Shown: positions 1 to 13,800 of the stretch, piece after piece
Layout of the letters: each line of letters begins with the position of its first letter
Numbering within the stretch: position 1 is the stretch's first letter
Assembly: GCA_965235115.1 (NCBI GenBank)
Contig: OZ249436.1
Coordinates: 43,464,001 to 43,528,000 of the forward strand
DNA length: 64,000 bases
Direction: 5' to 3'
Source of the DNA: Laetmonice hystrix
Lineage: Eukaryota
Translations under genes and position numbers: made by a program
The notes under the pieces: generated by a model
The model's database searches: none
Told to the model about the DNA's origin: nothing
Seen by the model: the letters and a program-made list of their open reading frames with translations, nothing else

Positions 1-195
1 CCCGAGGGTATATTCGAATAGCAGGAAGTGACGTCATATGCCCGAGGGAGTCCCGAATGGGCGGCAGCGCGCGAGTTTGTTGTTTACATCCGGGTCAGTG
101 GTCCCGACCTAGCCACCCACCCACCCCACCCCCAGCATGGCGACCTTCGTCGTACAGCCGAGATATGACGCAGTCAATCGTGGGTGAGCCGAGTG
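1..195. mobile_element. Right end of a non-autonomous TIR element (same family as 63368-63824)
   Basis: 62-195 nearly identical to about 63690-63824, both ending GGTGAGCCGAGTG; 1-60 resembles about 48740-48800. Confidence 0.8.
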
Positions 196-243
196 GCAGT
201 GGTGGGTGTCACTGGATTTACGGTTATCAAAGGCCGGTAGCCT

Positions 244-560
244 ACTCAGTCAGTCAGTCAGTCAGTCAGTCAGTCGGTATATATGTCTGTCAGTGAGCCT
301 GTCAGTCTGTCAGTCAGTGTATCAGTGAGCCTGTGAGCCTGTCAGTGAGCCTGTCAGTAAGTCAGTCAGTCTGTCAGTGTATCAGTGAGCCTGTGAGTGA
401 GCCTGTCAGTCTGTCTGTCAGTGTATCAGTGAGCCTGTGAGTGAGCCTGTCAGTAAGTCAGTCAGTCTGTCAGTGTCTCAGTGAGCCTGTGAGTGAGCCT
501 GTTAGTCTGTCAGTGTCTCAGTGAGCCTGTCAGTGAGCCTGTCAGTCTGTCAGTCAGTGT
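244..560. repeat. TCAG-derived low-complexity repeat
   Basis: (TCAG)n and ctgtcagtgagc units. Confidence 0.85.
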
Positions 561-1626
561 GTCCAATCAGTCAATTAATCAGTCCGTTTTACGCGAACGG
601 AAATTATTTTCATTACCCGATCATAAAGCGGTGTGTCAGGCGTGTTGAGCCTCCCAACCTTCTTCGAGAAGATGATTCTGGTCATTGTGGAGGCGGACAA
701 GTTCTGATGGGTAGGAAGTGTATTATTCTCAGCAGTAGGTTGTTATAACAAACCAGATACACCATCCATCGTGAACCAATGTAAACCTACGACCAGTATT
801 ATAATCCAGTGACCATTGGTAACGAGAACACTGTAACCCGTATACCTGGTAAGCCTTCCTCGAACGCTGGCTTTCTCATAATATCCCTGGGTTTCCCTGG
901 GTTCTCAAAATAGTACAGTTCTACAGGGATGTTTAGGATTATAGCAATCAGACAGTATTTCCGTCGGTCCCCTAGCTGTTATAAACGGTGGACATGAATG
1001 GGCGGGCTTAGCTGAAGGCACTGACTGTGTTGTAAACATTCCAAACATTTATTAGTTGGGGCCGAATTAGAAGATGTGATACACTGACTCATGCAGGTCA
1101 GGTATGACCATAATAAATGATTGGTATCTCCTCTGTGGTCAGATTGAGTTCTACTGGAGTTAGTGGCCTTTCCTGACTAGCTGGATAAGACTCAAGTGGG
1201 GGTTCCCGGCGCTCTTGATTGCCACTCGCGATGTGGCTTCTCTGTGCCGGATTGAGTGATACTGAAGTGGCTTCTCCAGTACAGATTTTGTGTAGCTGAA
1301 GTGGCTTCCAATGCAAGCATGATTGAGTTCAGTGTGAAGTGGCTTCTCAAGCAAGGTCGACTTGGGCGATTTGTTTGTTTTTTTCGGCCAGTATTGATTA
1401 CAGTGTTGAAAAAGGTCATGTTGTCCTATATAAATAGCAGTGCAAATGTTGACATTCTGTTGACAATATGATAAAAGATATTTCCTGTTTAATAATGGTG
1501 ATGTGGCGTCCAGGGTTAATAGCGTATTGGATGTAGGCCCGGGTGTGTGGGTGGGTGTGGGTGTATCCACGGGGATATGTAGTACACGATTGTACCTTTG
1601 TAGTACATGTCAGTATGTCGACCATT

Positions 1627-1760
1627 GCCTGAGGCTGGCCGTGCTGACTGAAGCCTGAGGCTGGCCGTGCTGACTGAAGCCTGAGGCTGGCCGTGCTGAC
1701 TGAAGCCTGAGGCTGGCCGTACTGACTGAAGCCTGAGGCTGGCCGTGCTGACTGAAGCCT
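1627..1760. repeat. 26-bp minisatellite, 5 copies
   Basis: gcctgaggctggccgtgctgactgaa. Confidence 0.9.
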
Positions 1761-1910
1761 GGGCAGGAGGACGGGAAGTATATGCCAGGTCTGTCTGCCG
1801 GTGTCGTTGTCGTGTTGTGGTCACCACTGTGGCCATGAGTCGGGCCAGGGAAACCTAGCCGAGGACTTCAATCAATACTAGACAATAGTGTGGTCAGCTG
1901 AGGACACACC

Positions 1911-2225
1911 TGGGTGAGGGTGAGGGTGTGGACACTGAGGATGGGTGGGACACACGGTGGGGTGAGGGTGAGGGTGTGGACACTGAGGATGGGTGGGACA
2001 CACGGTGGGGTGAGGGTGAGGGTGTGGACACTGAGGATGGGTGGGACACACGGTGGGGTGAGGGTGAGGGTGTGGACACTGAGGATGGGTGGGACACACG
2101 GTGGGGTGAGGGTGAGGGTGTGGACACTGAGGATGGGTGGGACACACGGTGGGGTGAGGGTGAGGGTGTGGACTCTCAGGATGGGTGGGGCACACGGTGG
2201 GGTGAGGGTGAGGGAGTGGACACGT
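1911..2225. repeat. 51-bp G-rich minisatellite, about 6 copies
   Basis: gggtgagggtgagggtgtggacactgaggatgggtgggacacacggtg units. Confidence 0.9.
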
Positions 2226-2620
2226 TCCCTTCATGATGTAAAGCACCCTCCGACACCCCCGTGGGTACGCTATCACCTGCGTTATTTCCACGTGTAGGTC
2301 GACATATATATGTACCAACTTCATGCAACCGTTATGACTTGGAACCCATTCTCAGCGTCAGTTCAGTACAGTCAGGTCGGGCTGAGGCGGTATGGCTTTC
2401 AAGGCATACAAACAGTGTTTACAGATGTGCATATAGCACACAAGGCCGCCCGCATCGACAGCTCGGAGGTTGTGAGATACGGAGCTGAGGGAAGAATCGC
2501 AACAAAGCCAAAGTAAAACATCAGTTCTCATCAATATTCTACATACGTCACAACAACCGCCACTGATATCAAAGATCGACCATCAATTCCTCGGCTATAG
2601 ACGACTGCCTGACTATAATA

Positions 2621-2622
<2 letters not shown>

Positions 2623-2669
<47 letters not shown>

Positions 2670-2754
2670 GCTCTCTCTCTCTCGCTCTCTCTCTCTCGCT
2701 CTCTCTCTCTCTCGCTCTCTCTTTCGCTCTCTCTCTCGCGCTCTCTCTCTCTCG

Positions 2755-2812
<58 letters not shown>

Positions 2813-2848
2813 CTCTCTCTCTCTCGCTCTCTCTCTCTCTCTCGCTGC

Positions 2849-2880
<32 letters not shown>

Positions 2881-2995
2881 GCTCTCTCTCTCTCGCTCTC
2901 TCTCTCTCGCTCTCTCTCTCTCGCTCTCTCTCTCTCTCGCTCTCTCTCGCTCTCTCTCGCTCTCTCTCTCTCTCGCTCTCTCTCGCTCTCTCTCT
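2623..2995. repeat. (CT)n microsatellite with CG interruptions
   Basis: Direct reading. Confidence 0.95.
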
Positions 2996-4406
2996 AGTTT
3001 ATAAAGAGTGGGGTGGCAAGGCTTGGCAGTTGTCGGTGTCGGTGTATAAAGATTGCATTGTCAAGGCTTGGTGAGTAGTATATGAAGACTAGGGTTACAA
3101 AGCTGCAGTGGCTAGTATTTGAAGGATGGCGTAATAAAGTTTTTGCTGCCAATGATGAAACTAGCCTTTGGAACGTGGTGCTCGTTTACGCTGATCTTTC
3201 TGAAATTCCTATATATGTTTTGCATCGTTTAGAAATCACTGTTTTTAAAATCACTAAAACAGTTTTCAGTATTTGGTGCATATTTACGTTGCCCATAACA
3301 TCTGAAAGCTGTCAGTAGTATTAAGGAGAGAAGACGGGCCCGGAGAGTGGAGTATGTTTGACGGGTTATTAGGAGCGGTTCTGTTGAAGCCTGTATTACC
3401 ACATTATCAATTACCATTATTATCAATCCACCATGACAGATATACATGTACTGATGATGCCAGATCCCTGTCACAGCCCCCACCTTATGATGAAGTCGTG
3501 TACAGGTAACATTAGGTGGACTTGGTAATACAGCCGCATTCACCCAGCAATCATAAATGCCGCCGCACAATACTTGATATCGAGACATTTATAGAAAGGC
3601 ACATAAATATTACCTGACGTATTCGATGTACCAACCTTCCCCACGGATCCAATTAATGATTTCTCATATTTCCATGCTGGTAATTTGTCTATTTGTGATG
3701 ATAACAAAAGCCATCCCAGTTTTCCTTCATGACTCTTGCAATGAACGGTAACCCCCTGTACGATAAAAAAAGTAAATGCTGAGTCTAATATCCAGAACAT
3801 GCACAGTAGCAATCCAGTCCAGAATATATTTCTATCACTGCTTCATGAGCTTGTTAACAGAATATAATACGATAGAGGGATTTTCCTTGAGGGTGTGTTT
3901 ATTTGACTGTCACATGTAATAATCTTTGAAATGGAAAAATCCATGGAGCACATGACTTAAAGTTAAAGTGGTGATATTATTGAGTGACACATTATTACAC
4001 GCATTTTCATTTTCTAAAGATGATTCTTGGGAGAAGTGACAAACGTATTTCTGCTGAACTAACAATTTTTCCAGTTTTAAATTTTACCTGTAGCACATGG
4101 CCATTGGCTGTCCCCAGTGGGATAACTTTATAGGGTCATAATAATGATTTTATCTATTAATTTCTCGATTCATTACGCATACTTTGTACGTAGCGACCAT
4201 GTCTCTATTAATCAATGACGTCAAACCAATTATAAGTGACAGTGTCGCTATTAATTTTCTGGCCCTTCCCGTATCTCTGATTATATAAATTACGACTATA
4301 TTTATCGATCGAGGTACATTCCTCAGGTGATAAATGAAAAAAAATACGATTACTGATTCATCATCTCTTTTTTTATTGATAATTTCCACAAACCGATTGA
4401 CCTTTG

Positions 4407-4720
4407 TTTTATCTCTCTGTCAAGGTCGAAGCAGCTGATTAAAGATGCCATCCTGGACAATGATTTCCTTTTTATCTCGCTCTCAAGGTCGAAGCAGCTG
4501 ATTAAAGATGCCATCCTAGACAATGATTTCCTTTTTATCTCGCTGTCAAGGTCGAAGCAGCTGATTAAAGATGCCATCCTAGACAATGATTTCCTTTTTA
4601 TCTCTCTGTCAAGGTCGAAGCAGCTGATTAAAGATGTCATCCTAGATTATGATTTCCTTTTTATCTCTCTGTCAAGGTCGAAGCAGCTGATTAAAGATGC
4701 CATCCTAGACAATGATTTCC
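4407..4720 (+). repeat. 63-bp array of acceptor plus exon start, 5 copies
   Basis: Exon-start positions 4425, 4488, 4551, 4614, 4677. Confidence 0.95.
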
Positions 4721-4864
4721 TGAAGAATCTCGATTCGAACCAAGTGCGGGAGATCGTGGACTGTATGTACGAGAAGCCGGTAGAGAGAAACCAATACATT
4801 ATTAAGGAAGGAGAGGCAGGCCAACACCTTTATGTATCCACTGGCAGCACCAACGACAGCCAAG
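4677..4864 (+). CDS. PRKG1: PKG exon, start of CNB-A ([19 protein letters not shown]...[15 protein letters not shown])
   Basis: gtcaag|g acceptor, caag|gtaggc donor; recognisable PKG sequence. Confidence 0.9.
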
Positions 4865-7800
4865 GTAGGCCATCACCATTCTCACACAATCTCCACTTCA
4901 GTTACGTTTAAATCGTCATATTTGGAGAAGACTGATTAATAACCAGATCGTTACGTTAACATAGGAGTGAATGGAAGGCTGCTGGTTACAGCCACTATTC
5001 GCTGCTATGTTAACTTAACGATCTGAACCAGCCTTAGTAAGACAGGCCCATGAACTAGTTTTCAATAAATGCCATTCTTTCATAGCCATCACCAAGGGTG
5101 TAATAGATAATTAAATAGGTAACTGAATAAATGAAGGACTAATATTATGTGCTGACCCGTTTAATTGTGAGTGGGATCTTTGGTCTGATAGCAGTCGGGT
5201 CGGGTGACCAGTACGTTGTGGGTTTCAGTAATTTGACGTTTAAACACACCCAGATGTGATTGGGTGTAGCTGTAACATCGAATTGTTCTTCAGATATTGT
5301 GTTTACTAAATGTTTGGTTTCCTGAGAAGGTGACCTGGAGGTGTCGAAGGAAGGCAAGGTTCTAGGAATAATGCTGCCAGGCCGAGCATTCGGGGAGTTG
5401 GCGATCCTCTATAACTGTACCCGCACTGCCTCCGTCAAAGGTAACAAACATGCTTCACTTCACTTAAATAGCGTTAGTGGGCGTCAAAACCATGCTACCA
5501 CGTCTATAGATATTTCCGACGCATTTTAGCTGGGGTGGGGTGGGGGTTGTCTGCCGTGTGAACAATTGGTAAGGATGTAAATAATACCAACCGTTCTGTC
5601 CAAACATTCCAATAAATTTCAAAATAGCGAATCGTATTGGAAGATGTATGTAATCGACTACAATAATTCATCTGTGTGGTTCGTTTATCATGTTGGAATA
5701 TGTCACTTTGGCCAGAAGAAAACACTGTAATGTATGTGATAATCGTTGCGAGTAGAAAGTAATTGTTTCAGTTGTCGTCTTGCAGCTCTCAAGCGCACAT
5801 TGATATGGGTCCTGGATCGACGAGTCTTCCAAGCCATCATGATGAAGACTGGGCTACAGCGCCAGGAGGAAAACGTTCGCTTCCTCCGCAGGTAAGACAG
5901 TCCTGGACAAATTAACTGATACCTGACATAGTCCTGGACAAATTAACTGATACCTGACATAGTCCTGGACAAATTAACTGATACCTGACATAGTCCTGGA
6001 CAAATTAACTGATACCTGACATAGTCCTGGACAAATTAACTGATACCTGGCACAGTGTCAGTCCTGGACAAATTAACTGATACCTGACATAGTCCTGGAC
6101 AAATTAACTGATACCTGACATAGTCCTGGACAAATTAACTGATACCTGACATAGTCCTGGACAAATTAACTGATACCTGACATGGTCCTGGACAAATTAA
6201 CTGATACCTGACATAGCGTCAGTCCTGGAAAAATTAACTAATACCTGACATAGCGTCAGTCCTGGACAAATTAACTGATACCTGACATAGCGTCAGTCCT
6301 GGACAAATTGACTGATACCTGCATAGCGTCAGTCCTGGACAAATTGACTGATACCTGACATAGCGTCAGTCCTGGACAAATTAACTGATACCTGACATAG
6401 CGTCAGTCCTGGACAAATTGACTGATACCTGACATAGCGTCAGTCCTGGACAAGTTGACTGATACCTGACATAGCGTCAGCCCTGGACAAATTAACTGAT
6501 ACCTGACATAGCTGACGGTCAGTCTTGGACAAAGTAACAAATTAAGACAAAGTAAAACGGTCAGTCAAGGAATAAGCGGTAAAAAGTTACATGGTTGAAA
6601 TTCTGAGATTGGCGGCAGATTGTATGGTTCAGCCATGACAGCCTGCCACACAGCCTGGTTGCTGACGGCACCGAAACATTAACAGGCTGGGGTTAAAGAG
6701 TATGACCTTTCCGTTCAAGATGCCATTACTAAACCCGGCCCCAGGCAGCACATTGTCAGTGTCAGCGAGTCATGCATCAACCCGGAGAACCACCGTAAAT
6801 TACTCGGAGTGGTTTCAACTTGTACCGGCTCATATTTTTAACACAGTGTAACAAGCTGCACACTAAGTGTATTGTCCATAATATCAAGTGTACTAATAAG
6901 AGTGAGTTTCACGATAACACTCTTTATACGGTCCGGGCAGCGGTATCTAATTCAGGCCCGACTGGCAAAAAGTAGCCTCTACCGTTGAGAGATATTTGGC
7001 GCATAGCTGTTTAGCATGATTAGGAATACAATGGAAAGGTAAAGTTTAGGTTAGGCTTATTGTGTGCACCTGTACATGGGCAAGGTCAGTTGTTCCCTAT
7101 TATCAGAGGAAAAGCATCACCTAAACCCTGTGTATCAAGTCAACACACCAACCTTCTGTATGAAAGGTCAAGAACAACACTATTTTTATCTTATATTGGA
7201 CAAGAACAAAACTATTTTTATCTTATATTGGACAAGAACAAAACTATTTTTATCTTATATTGGACAAGAACAACACTATTTTTATCTTATATTGGACAAG
7301 AACAAAATTATTTTTGTCTTATATTGGACAAGAAGAAAATTGTAATACTGGAGCACCCATCGTCTTGTTGTCGTTAAGATCTCCGCGAAATGTTAGACGT
7401 AGTTCCGGCATACAGGTTTTAACGTGCTGTCCATGGGCCGAAGTTAATCTGTTATGTCGGCACAGAAATCCGTTATTTAACCTCCATGATATCTGACATT
7501 GATACACCACTGTTCATACGACGAGGATAAAAAAATATCATTTCTGTGATTTCCTTGTCATTGTCCCCGTTAAGATACAAGAAACGTGATTTTGAAATGA
7601 AGATGCAGTAACAAAGCACGACCTTAATGAGTACACGAAGGGTGACATTATGGCGGGCACACACACGGTTGTTATGGGTTACGGTTACATTTGGGGGATC
7701 AAGTCTCGTCATCTACAACGATTCTGTGCCTGCTCTGATTCAAATCTTCTGGTCGTTGTTTGTCTTAGCGCTTGTGATCGGTTGAAATGGCAGTATGGCG

Positions 7801-10800
7801 CTTGTGATTGGTTGAAACGATAGTATGGCGCTTGTTCTGTGATTTCCTTGTCATTGTCCCCGTTAAGATACAAGAAACGTGATTTTGAAATGAAGATGCA
7901 GTAACAAAGCACGACCTTAATGAGTACACGAAGGGTGACATTATGGCGGGCACACACACGGTTGTTATGGGTTACGGTTACATTTGGGGGATCAAGTCTC
8001 GTCATCTACAACGATTCTGTGCCTGCTCTGATTCAAATCTTCTGGTCGTTGTTTGTCTTAGCGCTTGTGATCGGTTGAAATGGCAGTATGGCGCTTGTGA
8101 TTGGTTGAAACGATAGTATGGCGCTTGTGATTGATTGAAATGATAGTATGGCGCTTGTAATTGGTTGAAATGATAGTATGGCGCTTGTGATTGGTTGAAA
8201 CGGCAGTATGGAACTTGTGATTAGTTGAAACGATAGTATGGAACATAATTGTGATTGGTTGAAACGGCAGTATGGAACTTGTGATTGGTTGAAACGATAG
8301 TATGGCGCTTGTGATTGGTTGAAACGATAGTATGGCGCTTGTGATTGGATAAAACGGCAGTATGGAACTTAATTGTGATTGGTTGAAACGATAGTACGTT
8401 TTTGGCACTTTAAAAAAAACAAAATACAATACACTTGAAACACATTGAAATTTTTAATAAAAGTTGAAACCTGTGAGACAGCCTCAATTGTTAGCTAGGT
8501 TTCTGAGAGTGAATTGATGTTTGCGTGATATCATGGCAGTATCTATGACCGTTGAGAGTCATGACCGCAATACTTCACGTAGTCGTCAGATATCGCTTGC
8601 CCTCAACCTCAGCTAGAATTACAAACTCTGTGCCTCTTCATGAAATGACAATGACAGGGATAGAAGCGCAGTATTGAAAGTGACCCTTGCCGCCCACGAC
8701 AGTGAAAACTATCATTCGGTTTGTCATTGCAGTGTCCCACGACAGTGAAAACTATCATTCGGTTTGTCATTGCAGTGTCCCACGACAGTGAAAACTATCA
8801 TTCGGTTTGTCATAGCCAGTGTCCCACGACAATGAAAACTATCATTTGGTTTGTCATTGCAGTGTCCCACGACAGTGAAAACTATCATTCGGTTTGTCAT
8901 TGCAGTGTCCCACGACAGTGAAAACTATCATTTGGTTTGTCAATGCAGTGTCCCACGACAGTGGAAACTATCATTCGGTGTGTCATTGCAGTGTCCCACG
9001 ACAGTGGAAACTATCATTCGGTTTGTCATTGCAGTGTCCCACGACAGTGAAAACTATCATTCGGTTTGTCATTGCAGTGTCCCACGACAGTGGAAACTAT
9101 CATTCGGTTTGTCATTGCAGTGTCCCACGACAGTGGAAACTATCATTCGGTTTGTCATTGCAGTGTCCCACGACAGTGGAAACTATCATTTGGTTTGTCA
9201 TTGCAGTGTCCCACGACAGTGGAAACTATCATTCGGTTTGTCATTGCAGTGTTCCTTTACTCCAGTCGCTGCCCGCTGCCAAACTGGCCAAAATGGCCGA
9301 TCGTCTCGAGGTGGTGAGTGACACAACTGTATTGTAATGTCGTATCATCTAAATATAAAACTCTCCTTATTCTGTGAATGAGTTAAGTACACATGTATAG
9401 TGAACACTACCAACTGTATTGTAATGTCGTATCATCTAAATATAAAACTCGCCTTCTTATTCTGTGAATGAGTTAAGTACACATGTATAGTGAACACTAC
9501 CAACTGTATTGTCATGTCGTATCATCTAAATATAAAACTCGCCTTTTTATTCTGTTAAATGAGTTAAGTATAGTGAAAACTACCAACTGTATTGTAATGT
9601 CGTATCATCTAAATATAAAACTCGCCTTCTTATTCTCTTGAATGAGTTAAGTACACATGTATAGTGAACACTACCAACTGTATTGTCATGTCGTATCATC
9701 TAAATATAAAACTCGCTTTCTTATTCTGTTGAATGAGTTAAGTATAGTGAAAACTACCAACTGTATTGTCATGTCGTATCATCTAAATATAAAACTCGCC
9801 TTCTTATTCTCTTGAATGAGTTAAGTATAGTGAAAACTACCAACTGTATTGTCATGTCGTATCATCTAAATATAAAACTCGCCTTCTTATTCTCTTGAAT
9901 GAGTTAAGTATAGTGAAAACTACCAACTGTATTGTCATGTCGTATCATCTAAATATAAAACTCGCCTTCTTATTTTGTTGAATGAGTTAAGTATAGTGAA
10001 CAGTACCAACAGTTTTACTACTGGCATTATTTTGATCTAGTTCCTCCATGGCAATGACCTATTCTGTTGTACTTTCTCTCTCTATATAAATGATCTAATA
10101 CAGTTACCACGCTATATTTACTAGATTCTACCTGTGTATCCGAATACAGTTGATATTTTCATGACGTCATGAAAAGACATCCGCTGTATCTCAGTAGAGT
10201 CAGATTCCTGTTCCTCCACTAGTTCCTCATCTCAAAGATTATAAATGTCAGATTGTCGATTTTGTTCCAGGATTTCTTCCATGAGGGCGAGTACATCATC
10301 CGGGAAGGTGCTGCCGGTGATACGTTCTTCATCATCAATAAAGGCGAGGTGCGAGCGTGAATCACGACGTATCCAACACACAGTGGCTATACTTATTAAC
10401 TGCTCGTTATGAACCATATCGTTAACCTACCTAACACTCAGTCGTTATTAACGGGTAACTGCCCATTCATTTCGGCACAAGTTAACAATATCGTTAACGT
10501 ACCGAGCAGTGACTGGGGTCACCTCATTAATGAAGTCGTAGTAACGAGTAAGGACTTAATTCTACACAAGTTAATGATATCGTTAATAATGAGAGGTGCA
10601 GTGAGACTGGGCCCAGTACCGCAGATGGCAGGGATACATAAGGACTTATTTCTACACAAGTTAACGATATCGTTAATAATGAAAGGTGCAGTGAGACTGG
10701 GCCCAGTACCAGCGATGGGAGGGATACCTGAGGACTTATTTCTACACAAGTTAACGATATCGCTAATAATGAGAGGTGCAGTGAGACTGGGCCCCGCCGA

Positions 10801-13800
10801 TGGGAGGGATACCTAACGATATCGTTAATAATGAGAGGTGCAGTGAGACTAAGGACTTATTTTTGCCCGGGGCACCTCCTGGCTGCCGGCGGTCCTATCC
10901 GGAACTCTGTGTTGGAAGGCAGGAATGTTCCTGTAGTTCTAAGAGAATGTGTTGATCATTTAAACCTTCCCGAGAATGTACCAGCTGTACCAGCTGTACC
11001 ACTGTACCACTGTACCACTGTACCACTGTACCACTGTACCTCGACTCCTGCAGGTTCAAGTGACGCAGAAGATCCAGGGTTTCGACAACCCTAAAAAAAT
11101 CCGAAAATTGATCCGTGGGGACTACTTCGGGGAGAAGGCGTTGTTAAGGTAGGTGAGGAGGGCTTGGCACAAAAACCTTTGACTGTCCTAGCGTTACGAT
11201 GTTTTTAAGGTGATTATCGTGAGTAATATCATTTAACCATATTGCTTCCGCGGGTAAATGTTGCAGACAATAAATCGCAGCCGATTTATTAAAGAAATAA
11301 TTCGCCTAAATTCGTTGAATAAAATGTCAGGCCGTAGCTTAAAGGGAGCCGTAAAATTCATTTTTTCGATTTATGACAGTCTTAGAAACGTATGATTTGC
11401 ATACCTTGGACTCCCAGTAACATCATGTGAGACTGTTATGGCCCAGCGACCAGTATTTAGTAAGGAAAATATGCCAAATCTCTCGCAAATACGTAGCTTA
11501 GAATTAGCGAGCGGCCCACAGAATATGAGTTGGCCTCGGTCGGGCGATGATGTACATGCGGTATTTAGGTCAACGCTAGACTAGAGGGAGATTCCCTTCC
11601 ATACCCGGAAGTCACGTGATCACGCGTCATCATCGCCCGACCGCGGCCAACTCAAATATCCTGTGGGCCACTCGCTAATTCTGAGCTACGTATTTGCGAG
11701 AGATTTGGCATATTATCCTTACTAAATACTGGTCGCTGGGCCATAACAGTCTTACATGATGTTACTGGGAGTCCAAGGTATGCGAATCATATGTTTCTAA
11801 GACTGCCATAAATCGAAAAAAATGAATTTTACGGCTCCCTTTAAGCTGCCCAAAATATAGTACACACAGAACACAGAAAATGATAGATCTATATTGTTTA
11901 TCCTCAAATAAGATTAAATCAGTGAAACCGTAATACCACTGAAACTGTTTTATGTGAAAGTCGTTCATATTTTCAGCAGAGAGAGAGGCCAGTCCTTGAA
12001 TTTTGTTTCCTGTACAAATTATTCCGTTAAAAGAATTGTGTGTGTTGTAGCGAGGATCGGAGGACAGCCAACGTGATCGCAGAGCCCCCTGGTGCCGAGT
12101 GTCTTACCGTCGACCGAGAGTAAGTAACTCCTGAAACAGTCCCCAGTCTCCAGTCTCGAGTTCAATAGTTGGCTTGGGGTATGTGATTGGTTAACCTCAA
12201 TTAGCCAATCAAAGCCATGAGCACTGTTTGGCGTAACGCTGGTATGTCACGGTCACTGCCGAACGTAACGCTGGTATGTCACGTTCACTGCCGAACGTAA
12301 CGCTGGTATGTCACGTTCACTGCCGAACGTAACGCTGGTATGTGACGTTCACTGCCCAACGTAACGCTGGTATGTCACGTTCACTGCCGAACGTAACGCT
12401 GGTATGTGACGTTCACTGCCGAACGTAACGCTGGTATGTGACGTTCACTGCCCAACGTAACGCTGGTATGTCACGTTCACTGCCGAACGTAACGCTGGTA
12501 TGTCACGTTCACTGCCGAACGTAACGCTGGTATGTCACGTTCACTGCCCATCGTAACGCTGGTATGTCACGTTCACTGCCGAACGTAACGCTGGTATGTC
12601 ACGTTCACTGCCCAACGTAACGCTGGTATGTGACGTTCACTGCCGAACGTAACGCTGGTATGTCACGTTCACTGCCGAACGTAACGCTGGTATGTGACGT
12701 TCACTGCCCAACGTAACGCTGGTATGTCACGTTCACTGCCGAACGTAACGCTGGTATGTCACGTTCACTGCCCAACGCAACGCTGGTATGTCACGTTCAC
12801 TGCCCAACGTAACGCTGGTATGTCACCTTCACTGCCGAACGTAACGCTGGTATGTCACCTTCATGGGAAAGCTGTGTAGGCGTCCTTGACCTTACAGACT
12901 ACATACAGCCGATGTCAACAAACTTCCCGTGTAACCGAAGATCAATAGATTCTGAAACATGATTTTACAAAAGTTTGAGAAACAATGTGAAATTTACGTC
13001 CACGCTATCCCCAGAACAATGAACGCCAGCGAATCCACAACCACAGAAAGAAAAGCACTTAGAATTGTATGACCATTGAATATTACATTATGGCAGTACT
13101 ATTAGCGCTAAAAAGTGCCTATAAATGACGAAATTTAAAGAATTTCCATCTTTTGTCGAGGGATTATTATACATCTGCCGATATCCGCCGACGTCGCAAC
13201 ATCTCCGCACGTACTTTTTTTTTTACGAATTTAAGCGTCAGATAAGGGCGTATGCCCCCTAGCGGAGACCCACGAAGGCTTGCTCTGGATTTAGCTGCAT
13301 GGAAAGTTTCGACAGAATTTGAAGCGCAGCCCAGGTTAAAAATCAATAGCCTGTTTAGAACTTAGGCGGAGGATGGGAAACTTATCTGGCTTTTGATGGA
13401 AGAAATCCGGGGGAGCTATTTTTTAAAGCATGTTGAGACGTCCGATATTTAATCTAACCTCTGGTATCCCTTACTGTGTGATTAACGGAGACATGGAGTG
13501 TGTTAAAAACAGGTGTGATATTATGCAGTCTTTGTTGTGATAATTAACGAAGGTGTATAATTTAATTACCAGATCCTTCAATCAACTGATCGGAGACCTG
13601 AATGAACTGAGAGAGAAAGATTATGGAGACGAGGCTCGGGGTGCACACAGGTGAGTTATGTTACCATGGCAACGTGCAGGCAGGGAGGTGGCGCCTGTCA
13701 ACGTCAACTGCCGGTCCGGAAACGGGGAGGGTGGGGGGGGGGGGTCTGGTTGTGGGGTGTGTGGGCCGGGTCTGGGGTCTGGGAGTGGGGTGTGTGGGGG

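Noticed and set aside
1878..2324. His/Pro-rich and GEGEG repeat ORFs
   Set aside because: Translation of a 51-bp minisatellite with no splice or homology support
3320..3830. Minus-strand protein-like fragments (NIYVPFYKCLDIKYCAAAF)
   Set aside because: Possibly a decayed gene or transposon ORF, but interrupted and not assignable without a search
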